Source of the DNA: Octopus sinensis
Taxonomy: Eukaryota
Direction of reading: 5' to 3'
Assembly: GCF_006345805.1 (NCBI RefSeq)
Contig: NC_043001.1
Span: forward strand, 86,428,001-86,492,000
DNA length: 64,000 nucleotides
Shown here: in pieces, positions 41,187 through 54,132 of the stretch
Position numbering within the stretch: the stretch's first letter is position 1
How the letters are laid out: the number at the start of each line of letters is the position of its first letter
Translations under genes and position numbers: made by a program
Notes under the pieces: generated by a model
Told to the model about the DNA's origin: nothing
What the model saw: the letters and a program-made list of their open reading frames with translations, nothing else
The model's database searches: none

Positions 41187-42064
41187 CAGATAGCCAGACA
41201 GATAGATAGATAGATATACACACACTCGAGTGTATCTGTGTGTACATTTATGGATATACACATAGTAAATATGCATTCATACTTCTGTTTAACAGTCATA
41301 CATAGAATATGTATTTAGTTACAAACTATTCAATTGTTGCTTTTCTGAATGTATACATGCAGCTAGGTAATTACGAAAAGATCTTTCATCAAAACTAATT
41401 TACGTTTTGTTTCAAGCTTTTTTTCTTTCTATTTTTTTTATATTTCGAACAAATATCCTGAGATATTCGCGATAATTACTGATTTGGAGAAATGCTTTTA
41501 CTTCGATATATATAACATCACAATTATCTGAACACGTTTTTTGCAATGATGTTAAATTCTATATTAAACAGTTCATAAAATCGGAAAAGATTTGTGAATC
41601 CATCAGGCAGAAAAAATACGTTCCATACGGGGATTTGCTAACAATTAGTCAATTCGAATTTTGAAAACAGATTTATATTCTTTTATTCGTTATGGTATAA
41701 TGTTGACGACGTGGATGGAGGAAGATATAATAAAGGAAATTGCATTAGATTTGGATAGCTACGTTAAGAATAGCCGTAAAACACACTCTTACATAGATAG
41801 CATTCTGCTGAAATCTGGATTCATTTGTTTATCATGCTTACAAATGGACACACATTTGTATACCAGGGTATGTATGCATTTATGTATATGCACAAACTAA
41901 ATATATATAATTCTGTTTAATGGTCATAGAGAAAAAATGCATTTACCTGTAAAATATTCAATGGTTCTTCATTTTTTAAATTATACATGCAACTAGTTAA
42001 TAACGAAAGGCAGTTTTATCAAAATATATTCACATTAATTTTTCCTTTTTCCTCCATTTTTCAG

Positions 42065-42079
42065 CCGCCAGACACTTTG
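42065..42079 (+). CDS. Micro-exon, 15 nt (A-A-R-H-F)
   Basis: catttttcag|CCGCCAGACACTTTG|gtgagt; paralogue of 24906. Confidence 0.75.
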
Positions 42080-42161
42080 GTGAGTAGGAAAGGCTCGTTT
42101 CTTAGCTAACACACACACACGCACACACACACACACACACATATATATACATATATATATA

Positions 42162-42245
<84 letters not shown>

Positions 42246-43016
42246 CGTATGTATGTATGTATATAAAATGTCTGAACACATTTTTTCAATAATGTTTATT
42301 TCTACATTACACAATGGATATTACAACATACTTTTGAATCTTTAGACGTAAAATTACGTACTACTCCATGTATTGGATAAGTTTGCACTATTTCAGTTTT
42401 CAACACAGATTTCAAATTAGTTATCTTCTTTATGCTGGTATAATGTTGATAACCTGCTCACTGGGAGTTTGACAAATAAATCAAAGTTGATTAAATTGGA
42501 ATCGCTACAATATGACTAACTTTCCAAATATACTATTTGCCTTAAGAACATGCATATATTTCGGACGATATGTAAGAACTCTAGTAGAAGAGATGAAAAT
42601 CCTCGAAAACAAATTGTATAGCATATCAACAAGTAAATTATAAAATCATTTTCTTTAAGATAACATAAACACGAGATATTTCAATTCATTTAATTTGAAT
42701 TTCACACATTCTCTGTTTACAACCCCTGTTTTTTATGTTTTAATTATATTCTTTATAATATTAATGTAGAATATAGAATATTTCGTATAAATAATATATA
42801 TATAGTAAAATGAAATGAAGTATTGGTTGTCTTATTGAATAGATGAAATGTTGAATATAAAATATTAGGGGACTAGTATAGTTTCATTTGTTATAGCAGT
42901 CTTCAAGGTCCTCAGGTTGTGACAGGAGTGTTTCATCCGTGTTTGACTGACTGTCTATTGTCTTTTGTATAATGTTATGTGGGCAGCAGCCGATGTTCTT
43001 TGACTATTTTTAGAAA

Positions 43017-43058
<42 letters not shown>

Positions 43059-43068
43059 AAAGATAGAT

Positions 43069-43117
<49 letters not shown>

Positions 43118-43392
43118 TAGATAAATATATACATAGACAAAGAATATAAGAACTATTCATTGTTTCTTTATTTCAAAATAAACAGGCAACAAGTTAATAA
43201 CGAAAGGCTGACTTTTTTCTTCTCTATATATAGCATAACTAGTATCTGAACACATTTTCCAATAATGTTAATTTGTACATTAAACAATAGATAATATTTG
43301 AAATAATGCGATCAAACTAGTTAATAACAAAAGGCTGTTTTATCAAAATTATTTCAAATTATTTTTTGTTGTTTTTTGTTTTCCTTTTTCGG

Positions 43393-43416
43393 GCGAAGGG
43401 CATGGATCGGATATTG
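43393..43416 (+). pseudogene. Pseudo-micro-exon (GEGHGSDI type), both splice sites lost
   Basis: cgg acceptor, atcagt donor. Confidence 0.62.
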
Positions 43417-43707
43417 ATCAGTAGAAAAGCTTCCCTACTTCATTTCTCTATATATAACGTCACTAACTTCTGAACACATTTTCCAGTAACGCTAATTTGT
43501 ACATTAAACAATATGTAATTTTCCAATAATGTTAATTTGTACATTAAACAATATATAATTTTCCAATAATCTTAATTTGTACATTAAACAATACATAATA
43601 TTTGAAATAATGCGTTCAAACTAGTTAAGAACGAAAGGCTGTTTTATCAAAATCAATTTACATTTTTTTCTTTTTTTTATTTCGTTTTTATCATTTTTCT
43701 GTCGTAG

Positions 43708-43725
43708 TTCCTGAAGCAGAATTTT
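43708..43725 (+). CDS. Candidate 18-nt micro-exon, shifted acceptor (V-P-E-A-E-F)
   Basis: tttttctgtcgtag|TTCCTGAAGCAGAATTTT|gtgagt; identical to 30975. Confidence 0.5.
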
Positions 43726-44094
43726 GTGAGTACAAAAGTTTCGTTGTTTCACTTCTCTATATATAGCATAACTAATATCTAAACACGTTTTTTTCTTCAA
43801 TAATGTAGACTTTTTGGAGTCCAATAATATCCTGTACGCCTGTTTGATTATGAAGATTTACAAACATACATTCCCGGGGATACTCGGTTTACCTACCATT
43901 ATAAATAATACCAAATTTCTTCCTCAAACCTTTCATAATGTGATACAAGTCTTTCGTGTAGCAATTGCATGCGGCTGAAGTGGGCTTTTAAACTATCTGT
44001 TATGTCGATTATGCATTGATGTAAGAATAAGTGGTCCTATAAAGCTCGAAACTTATGTCACTTTGGTGAGTAGGAAAGGCTCGTTTCTTAGCTA

Positions 44095-44231
<137 letters not shown>

Positions 44232-44289
44232 CCTGTATGTATGTATGTATGTATTTATGTAAGTATGTATGTATGTATGTATGTATAAA

Positions 44290-46846
44290 TCCTTAAATCC
44301 TTAAAATTGTTTTAGCCCGAAGGCCGCGGCCATGCTGGGGCACCACCGCTGAATGAGCTACACTAATTTGTGAGTCCACCTCTGATACGTGGCACTTGAT
44401 CAACAAGGGAGTTCGATGCTGCTGCCCGCATCCGCGTCTCCTGTCGTGAGGTAGGCTCATCTGAGACTCCCAACAAGAAGAGATCCAGTTTAGTTTTAAA
44501 GAAACCCACATCCACACCATGTAAGTCTCTCAGGCATTTAGGGAGGATGTTAAAGAGCTGTGGTCCTCTGAAACCCAAGCTGTTGCAGTATCTGGACCTG
44601 TATTTTGATGGTGATGTTGGAATCCTTGGCACCATGCAGTGGCGCCCCGTTCTGCGGTTGGAGTAACTTTGAATGACAAAGTTTGGGACAAGACCCTCCA
44701 GGATTTTCCAGATGTATATCACCGCATATCTCTCCCGCCTCCGCTCTAGGGAGAATAGGTTTAATACCTTCAGTCTTTCCCAGTAGCTGATATTTTGCAT
44801 TGAGACGATTTTCTTTGTGTAGCTTCTCGGAATTGCTTCGAGTTCTGCTGTTAGTTTTATATTGTGTGGTGACCAAAGTTGGGAGCAGTAGTCCAAGCGG
44901 CTGAGGACGAATGTTTTCCATAGGACCATCAGTGTCTCCTTCTCTCTTGTTCTGAAAGTTCGGAGAATCCATCCAGCTAGCCGTCTGCATTTTATCACCA
45001 GATTAGCAATATGCATTTGGAAAGATGCATCATTGCTCATGTCAATGACCAGGTCACGCACTGATTTTGACTCAGGGATTGCAATTCTTCCTGGGCCAGT
45101 GTATCCAGTCTTCATGTCATTTACCTTTGTGTGCCAGTAGCGCAGGGCCTGGAACTTACCTGCATTAAACTGCATGTTGTTGTCCTCAGCCCACCTGTAT
45201 ATTGTGTCCAGCTCATGTTGCAGATGCGCAATATTTTCAGGGTTTTGTATTGCGTGGGAGACTTTTGTGTCATCTGCATAGCTAGCAAGGGTGGTCATCG
45301 TAGCAACTGAAGGCATGTCTGAAAGGGCCACTATGAACATCAGTGGCCCCAAGACAGTGCCCTGTGGGACGCCGCTTGTTATTTGCGTTTCCTTGGAGGT
45401 GGCTCCATTGCTCACAACTGCCTGTTTTCTTGTGCAGCCACTCTCCAAGTTTCCCGCCTATGCCGAGACCACGCAGTTTGTGACAGATCATACCATGGTC
45501 GACTTTATCAAAGGCTTTTGCAAAGTCGAGATATATTACATCCACATTTGAGCCATTTAGTAGCTGTTTCAACACCCAGTCATAGTGTTGCAGGAGCTGT
45601 GTTAGGCAGCCTCTACCTGGTCGAAATCCATGCTGGGTGTCAGACAGCAAGTCATTTTCTTCAAGGAACATGATTAGTTTCTTACGGACTATTCGTTCCA
45701 TGACTTTGCTGATGTGTGAGGTCAGAGAGATAGGCCTATAATTTTTAGCATCTGCTCTGCTACCTCCCTTATGGATAGGGCATATTACCCCCCCTCTTTC
45801 AATTTGACTGGGAGCTTACCACTTGTAAGAAAGCTCTGAAAAAGAAGCTGTAGCGGTTTTGCAAGGGCTCGTTTGCACGATTTGAGAAGGATCGCTGGGA
45901 ATCCATCAGGTCCAGCAGCTGAGTTTGTGTCAATCTCATCAATGGCTAGTGTGATATCATCATCTTCGATGTTGATGTACTCAATTTTTGTCTCTTTGGC
46001 CGCAGGTAAAGTGGCAAAGAATTCTTCTGGGTTGTTTAATTGCCTGTGTCCTAGAGGTGTAGTGAACACACTTTGGAACTGTTCGTTCAGTATTTCACTT
46101 ATCCTCGTGGGATTTCCTGTGAGAGAGCCATCTTTTTGGAAGAGAGGTCCTATTCTCTGGTGCACTGTGGCTGTCTCTTTGGCAAACTTAAAGAAAGATT
46201 TAGGGTTTGATTTTATATTTTCTATTACCCAAGCTTCTTATCTGCTCTCTCCTTTTCATGGGACTGATGTACACTTTTCTCAGTTTCCATTAGCATTCTT
46301 TCGAGCCGAGACTTCTCACCACTTTTGGTGTGCTTGCTCAGGCGGTTTGCAATCCTTGTCCGTCGTCTCATAAGAATCCTCCTTTCTCTAGGGATCCTGT
46401 TTTTGTTCTTGTGTGTGCTGGCCCGGCACACTGGGACATATTTGTCACATATGGCTTGTATTATGGACATGAAGTGTTTGTGTTTCATGCTTATGTCCGG
46501 TGTGGAGAGACATTCAGGCCAATCCTGTTTGAGGATCTCTTTCTCAATCAACTTCCAGTTGGCTTTATGAAAGTTTAAGTTGGAGAGATGGTGGGTGCTT
46601 CGTATAGGCTGTGTGTCAACGGGGGCTTTTGTTCCATACATAGACAGCTCTATTATGTTGTGATCCGAGATCATTGTCGGCATCACATTAACATTATGGA
46701 TAATATCCATATTGTTTGTGAAGCAGAGATCCAGTATATTATCTGCCCTTGTTGGTTGCAGGACTATTTGCTCCATGAAAGAGGCATTTGTGAGATGGAG
46801 CTGGGACTCCACATGTGCCTGCTGATGGTGTGTCATCCCTGGGAGC
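44290..46846 (-). mobile_element. CR1/L2-group LINE, 5'-truncated, copy 3 (best preserved)
   Basis: Frameshifted EN-RT ORF pieces 46225-46866, 45785-46165, 45282-45701 and 44363-45448. Confidence 0.9.
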
Positions 46847-47601
46847 ATCTGAACACATTTTTTCAATAATGTTTATTTCTACATTACACAATGGATATTA
46901 CAACATACTTTTGAATCTTTAGACGTAAAATTACGTACTACTCCATGTATTGGATAAGTTTGCTCTATTTCAGTTTTCAACACAGATTTCAAATTAGTTA
47001 TCTTCTTTATGCTGGTATAATGTTGATAACCTGCTCACTGGGAGTTTGACAAATAAATCAAAGTTGATTAAATTGGAATCGCTACAATATGACTAAATTT
47101 CCAAATATACTATTTGCCTTAAGAACATACATATGTTTCAGACGATATGTAAGAACTCTTGTAGAAGAGATAAAAATCCTCGAAAACATATTGTATAGCA
47201 TATCAACAAGTAAATTATAAAATCATTTTCTTTAAGATAATATAAACACGAGATATTTCGATTCATTTAATTTGAATTTCACACATTCTCTGTTTACAAC
47301 CCCTGTTTTTTATGTTTTAATTATATTCTTTATAATATTAATGTAGAATATAGAATATTTCGTATAAATAATATACATATAGTAAAATGAAATGAAGTAT
47401 TGGTTGTCTTATTGAATAGATGAAATGTTGAATATAAAATATTAGGGGACTAGTATAGTTTCATGTGTTATAGCAGTCTTCAAGGTCCTCAGGTTGTGAC
47501 AGGAGTGTTTCATCCGTGTTTGACTGACTGTCTATTGTCCTTTATATAATGTTATTGTGGGCAGCAGCAGAAGTTCTTTGACTATTTTTAGAAATAATAT
47601 A

Positions 47602-47639
<38 letters not shown>

Positions 47640-47652
47640 AAAGATAGATAGA

Positions 47653-47684
<32 letters not shown>

Positions 47685-48155
47685 CAGACAGACAGACAGA
47701 AAGACAGACAGACAGATAGATACATATATACATAGACAGAGAGTATAAGAACTATTCGTTGTTTGTTTATTTAAAAATAAACAAGCAACAAGTTAATAAC
47801 GAAAGGCTGACTTTTTTCTTCTATATACATAGCATAACTAGTATCTGAACACATTTTCCAATAATGTTAATTTGTACATTAAACAATATATAATTTTCCA
47901 ATAATGTTAATTTGTATATTAAACAATACATAATCTTCCAATAATGTTAATTTGTACATTAAACAATATATAATTTTCCAATAATGTTAATTTATATATT
48001 AAACAATACATAATTTTCCAATAATGTTAATTTATATATTAAAAAATACATAATATTCGAAATAATGCGTTCAAACTAGTTAAGAACGAAAGGCTGTTTT
48101 ATCAAAATCAATTTACATTTTTTCTTTTTTTTATTTCGTTTTTATCATTTTCCAG

Positions 48156-48179
48156 ACATACTTCCTGAAGCAGAAATTG
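48156..48179 (+). CDS. Micro-exon, 24 nt (D/Y-I-L-P-E-A-E-I)
   Basis: cattttccag|ACATACTTCCTGAAGCAGAAATTG|gtgagt; identical to 35401. Confidence 0.78.
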
Positions 48180-48676
48180 GTGAGTACAAAACCTTCGTTG
48201 CTTGACATCTCTATGTATAGCATAACTAATATCTAAACACTTTTTTTTTCCCAATAATGTAGACTTCTTCTTTCTATAATGCATATATTACAAAAGACAT
48301 TTGAATCCCTGAAACATACAAATTGCGTAGTACTCGGTGTATTTGTAACGTTTGATATATTTCAGTTTTCAACCCAGATTTCAAATTAGGAAAAGAAAGA
48401 TGGACGATGTTCACGTGTGACCAATGAGAGAGTGAAAAGGAGAAAGAGGGGGAGAGAGATCCAGATAGAGAACTGTGAAGGGGAGAAAAAAGGAATTAGA
48501 GAAAGGATGTGAGAGAAAACGATAAGGGGAGTGAACAGTATAGGGTAGAGTCGCATCAAAAAGATTAAATCAAATATTAATATAAATATATATATGCATA
48601 TATATACATACATTTATATATATATATGTTGATATATATATATACATATATATATATATACATAAATATATACATA

Positions 48677-48718
<42 letters not shown>

Positions 48719-49230
48719 TATATATATATCTATATATATATATATATATATATATACAGAGAGAGGGGGAGGAAGTGAAAAAGAGAGTATTAGGTGTGAT
48801 GTACAAAATTGAATATTAAGAAAAAATGGGCCTCAGAATTTTGAAAAACTCTTTAGTTCATCATTATTATTAGCGCTTTCGTTCCTTTCTGGAACTTGTC
48901 AAATAAAATATGAATGCACAAACAGCTTGTTGATTTATATAAAACATGCTTTTTAACAGTTTTGTTTCGAAGAGAATATTGATATTGTTTTTTGGTGTTG
49001 AGTTTTTCATGACAATGGAGATGGATAGAAATATCACCTTCCTATTCACCGTTTATTTATTTATCTCCTTCTTTATCATTGTATTGGTTTAAGGATGGTG
49101 ACCTCTTCAAAAACAAAATAGTTGCGGTTTGGTCATCACTGAAAGTCATTTAGTTTAATTTCACTCTTGACCCTTCTTTTTTTTCTTTGTTTCTTCTTCT
49201 TTCTTTTTCCTCCTATCTTTCTGTATATAA

Positions 49231-49313
<83 letters not shown>

Positions 49314-49343
49314 TGAATGTATGTATGTCTGTATGTGTGTGTT

Positions 49344-49376
<33 letters not shown>

Positions 49377-49380
49377 ATAT

Positions 49381-50330
49381 ACCATGGCGACTGAAGAAGG
49401 GGAATGTTCCTTGTGTTATTTGTCCTGTACTCTCTTTTTTTTTCGTTATTTAAGAAACATGTCCAGCTCCTTGGTTTTGTGTTTATGTTTTCGTTTCTCA
49501 TTGTGTTCGAGGTTCCTGTATCCATATATGCAGGTATATATACATGTAGATGTAGATACGTACATATATGTATGTATATATGCATATGTTTTATTTATTA
49601 ATTTATTATATGACGGAGCGCACGCATCCCTTTCTAAGTACGATTGTTCTTGATATTAATAATGATGCGCACTCTTGACCTTTCTGTCCCCTCTTTTTCT
49701 CAGCCTTCATTCTTTCTGGTTTCCTTTTCTTCTACCTTACTGTCTCCCCCTCTCTCTCATTCTTCATTCTTTCTGGTTTCCTCACAACCATTCCCTTTTT
49801 TCTCTCCCTTTCTCTTGCTCCTCCTCCTCCCTCTCGTCGTTGACACGCGACGAGAGCTCTGCTACTGTCTTTCTAGCCTGACTTCCTTCAAGTGTGGACG
49901 GCATTTTCTGTTGCTCCTTCGCCGTTCTCAAAAACAGCGTTCGTAATACTTTTTCTCGTTCGGCTTAACAGCCCTTCTTGTCTTATTATTCTACTTGTCC
50001 TGTCTTTTACTGTTTATATTTTGTACTGTCGTTACTGTCCTGTTTTTCTTACCATTTTTACCCCTCCGCAAAAAGATCTCAAATTTGATTTAATTTGCTC
50101 TTCGCGGGAAAAAAAGTTTCCATCGAAGATGCGTATCGCCTTCACCTTCGAAACACAGAGTAGATGAAACCATGGCGACTGAAGAAGGGGAATTTTCCTT
50201 GTGTTATTTGTCCTGTACTCCATTTTTGCGTTGTTTAAGTAAAATGTCCAGTTCCTTGGTTTTGTGTTTATGTTTTCGTTTCTCATTGTGTTCGACGTTT
50301 TTTTTTTTTTTTTGTGTCCTGTACCTATAT
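49381..50330 (+). mobile_element. Non-coding dispersed repeat with about 160-bp direct terminal repeat
   Basis: accatggcgactgaagaagggg... at 49381 and 50170; relatives at about 17150-17520, 60460-61230 and 62920-63330. Confidence 0.55.
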
Positions 50331-50334
50331 ATGC

Positions 50335-50403
<69 letters not shown>

Positions 50404-50768
50404 CAGACAGACACACAGACACACAGACACACAGACACACAGACAGACACACAGACACACAGACACACAGACTGACAGATATTGAATTTATGATTCCATA
50501 ATGTATTTATGTGGAGTTTTTTTGAAACAAGCCAAATTATTTTCGCACTGGTGACTACACTGAGAATAACTTGTCAAAAGTAATATTTTCATTAAGGACA
50601 TAATTATATCCCAAACATTTTTACAAACTCTTAAGAAATTCCACGACAGCATGCATGGGGAAATAAAGTACAAAATTATATTTTTACGATAATGTAAATG
50701 AACAAGAGATTTTCTATTTTAATGATTCAATATAAATTAAAATATCTATCATTTTTCTCTTTTTCCAG

Positions 50769-50783
50769 GCGTTCAACCAACGT
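50769..50783 (+). CDS. Micro-exon, 15 nt (G-V-Q-P-T)
   Basis: tttttctctttttccag|GCGTTCAACCAACGT|gtaagt. Confidence 0.7.
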
Positions 50784-51092
50784 GTAAGTAACTATTTCAT
50801 TCATACGAGAGTAATTTTCATAAAGGATAAAGCAGAATCCAAGGACACTGCTAGTAATCTGCATCGGCAAGATATTCATTATTTAGGGAAAAACGACAGA
50901 AAGAGTACAGTCTTTTCTGTTCCATAACAGAACTGGGTTTTTGACTTCGAAATTTTTTAGCGGAGTGTTAATAGTTAAGAGTTCAATTGGCAATATTAGG
51001 TAGTGCTATTACCTCGGTGACATAGTAAGCCCCTAAGTGCATATTTCAAAATAAAATTTCATGCCTTGTAACGTTTATATTTTCCTTTTCAG

Positions 51093-51104
51093 TAACTCAA
51101 ACTC
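51093..51104 (+). CDS. Candidate micro-exon, 12 nt (L-T-Q-T)
   Basis: tttccttttcag|TAACTCAAACTC|gtaagt; strong sites, but it abuts a transposase fossil and could be a chance match. Confidence 0.45.
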
Positions 51105-51109
51105 GTAAG

Positions 51110-51690
51110 TTGCTATCGAGGGACTGCTTCGGGGATGAGTTTAGCAGAATATGCTGCAAGTTATTGGCGCCTTTTTATTGGTAGTTTGAAAAGAAGTTTG
51201 AAATATGTTCTGCTTCATAATGGAAAAATATTGGCCTATGTTCCAATTGCTCACTTTACGAAACTAGCAAAGAAATGTAAAATTGTGAAAGCAGTTCTGG
51301 AATAAATTAAGTACCATAATCATCAGTGGACTTTAAGTTGGCCAGTTTTATTCTTGAGTGACAAAGTAGATGCACAACCTATCCATGCATTTTATGCATG
51401 TGGACATCAGAACCATGGAAAACATTGGGTGATCATAGAATGGCGGCGGCGAACATTGGTTCCAGAGTCTTTTAATGTGGTTGAAGAACCTTTAATTCAA
51501 CCGGTAAAAATCATTCCACCTCTATTCCATATCAAATTTGGCATTATAAAACAGTTTGTTAAAACTCTGGATGAAGATGGATCATACTTTCATTATAACT
51601 GCAGCGCATTCCCCGGCCTGTGCGATACAAGATAAAAGCTGGAGTATTTGATGGGACTCAAATCAGAAAATTGTTTCTCATAAGCTGTTT
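51110..51690 (+). mobile_element. DNA-transposase fossil (motifs of CMC/Chapaev-like families)
   Basis: WRLFIGSLKRSLKYVLLHNG...IKYHNHQW and PPLFHIKFGIIKQFVKTLD...FPGL...KAGVFDGTQIRKL; stops and frameshifts; superfamily recalled, not searched. Confidence 0.65.
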
Positions 51691-52491
51691 TATTAGGAAA
51701 AAACAATGAAATTCTATGGATACAATATCTTGACATCATGATATGGTAGTCATAAATGGATGTTATTTTCGGATTCTTTGTGTGAAAAGCCCCTATTTCA
51801 GATCCTAAGATTTTGACATCACAGAATAAAATTTTTTTTGTTGGCCTGTGTAATTCGTTTAAATTATTCTCTTAAAGCAATTCATGAAAAATTATGTAAA
51901 TTCTAAATATTGCATTATAGAAAGTATTATAATACATGAAGATAAACATGAATAAGCAATAATGATTTTGTAATATCTTCAAATCTTTCTTTACAGTTCT
52001 CATCATATGTAGCAGTTTAAATTACATGCACTTCAAATGAAGTTAAAGATTTTGAATAGAACCATCGCATTTGTTGTTATGAGACAGATGAAATATATTT
52101 TAGCATTAACAACGAAGTTTAGTTTTAACGATATTTCATTTTGAACAGATATGTATCTTTTCTAGGAAACATCATTGAGCACCCAAAATTACTCAATATC
52201 TATTGTCTTCTTCGGGAAATTTGTTTTAAATCTACTATAATTTCTGTTCATAAAATGGCTTAATCCGAAAGTAAAGTTTTCTGTTCATTTTTTATAATGA
52301 GTAAGCTTTAAATTGTTATAATATATTTTTAGCACTCACACACACATCTCATCAGACAGTTTCAACAACAGCAAGAGAATTCCCACTTTTTATTTTTCAC
52401 AGCCCTGGTAAGAAAACATGAACTTATAAAATATTTCTATATTTCTTTGCTTTTAAAGATATTAATCTCCCGTTTGTGCGTCAGCAAATAT

Positions 52492-52552
<61 letters not shown>

Positions 52553-52569
52553 ATATATACACACACAGG

Positions 52570-52629
<60 letters not shown>

Positions 52630-52641
52630 TGTCAAATCTTC

Positions 52642-52682
<41 letters not shown>

Positions 52683-53199
52683 GTATGTGTATATATGTAT
52701 GTGTGTATATATTTGTGTGTATCCTTCTGGATAAAAGAATGTCGGAGGCTACACGTGGAAGGGTTTTACAACCTAATAATTACATGTTATTTTTTATAGT
52801 TTTAAATGTACTTTGAAAGCTAAAGAATTTAATTTATAACAATTAATGATTTTCACTTAATCGAATTATCTTTTTTTTTTTCGTTAATTGCTTTACCAAC
52901 ACTCAGCAATTAATGTAATTGTTCTAAAACTGTTTTACAGAAAATTACGATTTCATTTTTGTTTTTTGTTTTTTTTGTTTTTTTTGGGGGGGTGGGGGTT
53001 GTAGCTGTACTTAATTAGTATTCAATTGAAAAACCTAAATATATCTGAGTGTATATGTTTGTATGTGTACTTTAATCAGTAGGCGGATATATTCACTCAC
53101 GTTTGCTCATTATTGGTATAATGACTCTCCCAAGATACAACAAACACAGGAAGGTAATATTTCAAAATTCTTTTTCTATGTTTTATCTTCTCTTTCTAG

Positions 53200-53304
53200 G
53201 TATTCTAATAAAACCATTAAACTGCTTGACAGACTTGTGTTTTACTGATAGTATTCAATGCAGAAACCAAACTGAAATCTTTCTTTTGGCTGATGAGGAA
53301 GCAG
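53200..53304 (+). CDS. Coding exon, 105 nt, phase 1-1 (xILIKPLNCLTDLCFTDSIQCRNQTEIFLLADEEA)
   Basis: tctttctag acceptor, gtacga donor, open frame in phase with the next exon; 3 Cys and an NQT sequon. Confidence 0.8.
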
Positions 53305-53622
53305 GTACGAGATTCAATATTTTTACCAGCTGGAGTTCGCCATAGAGATATGCTTGTCTCACTGTCTCATAACAATTATTAAAGGCACATAGAAAATATT
53401 TTAATGTCCAAGATTTAAAATGTTACTTCTGGTTGTTAATACAATGCAAGTGTTCAAATTTAAAAAAAAAACAATATTTTGATCATTCTGAAAATTTCCG
53501 CCATGTTAAATCCAATGAGTATAAGTACAATAATATAAAAATCAAAGTAATTAATTCAATGTAAAATAAATTTATATTATATTCTTATGTAATGTTTTGA
53601 ATAAATTATCTTTATTCTACAG

Positions 53623-53889
53623 GTGTAAATGTTTATGGTCACGTGAAAAAAACATCAGACACTAATTGCTTAGAAACTCTCAACAGAATAGATTTTAGTA
53701 CGCCTGACTTTGTTGCTAGCATTCAGGCTCACCCACAAGGCCAGACTGATATCCCCAGACCATCCGAATATCAATTTTCACCTAGATTTTCAATAACAGT
53801 AAGCCAATACCAAAGTGCGAACGCTGAAACATTTTTGTCCGTGCATTTCAATATACTTGGCAAGTTTGTTCGAGCAGGAGGAATTTTGA
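53623..53889 (+). CDS. Coding exon, 267 nt, phase 1-1 (GVNVYGHVKKTSDTNCLETLNRIDFSTPDF...FVRAGGIL)
   Basis: ttctacag acceptor, gtaagt donor; overlaps ORF 53643-53897; high-complexity protein sequence. Confidence 0.85.
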
Positions 53890-54092
53890 GTAAGTAATAT
53901 ATATTTTCTAAAGCTAAATATTAATAATTTTGCTACATTAAAATTAAGGTTTGGCTGTGTGCTAAGAAGTTTACTTTTTAACTATTTGGGTCAGAGGTTA
54001 TGAAAAATACAGAATATAAAGTTATAAAGTAACATAACTACTCAACTTATATTTTCATTTGTTTCCTCTCTGCCTCCACATTTACATGTAGG

Positions 54093-54101
54093 CATACATA
54101 C

Positions 54102-54132
<31 letters not shown>

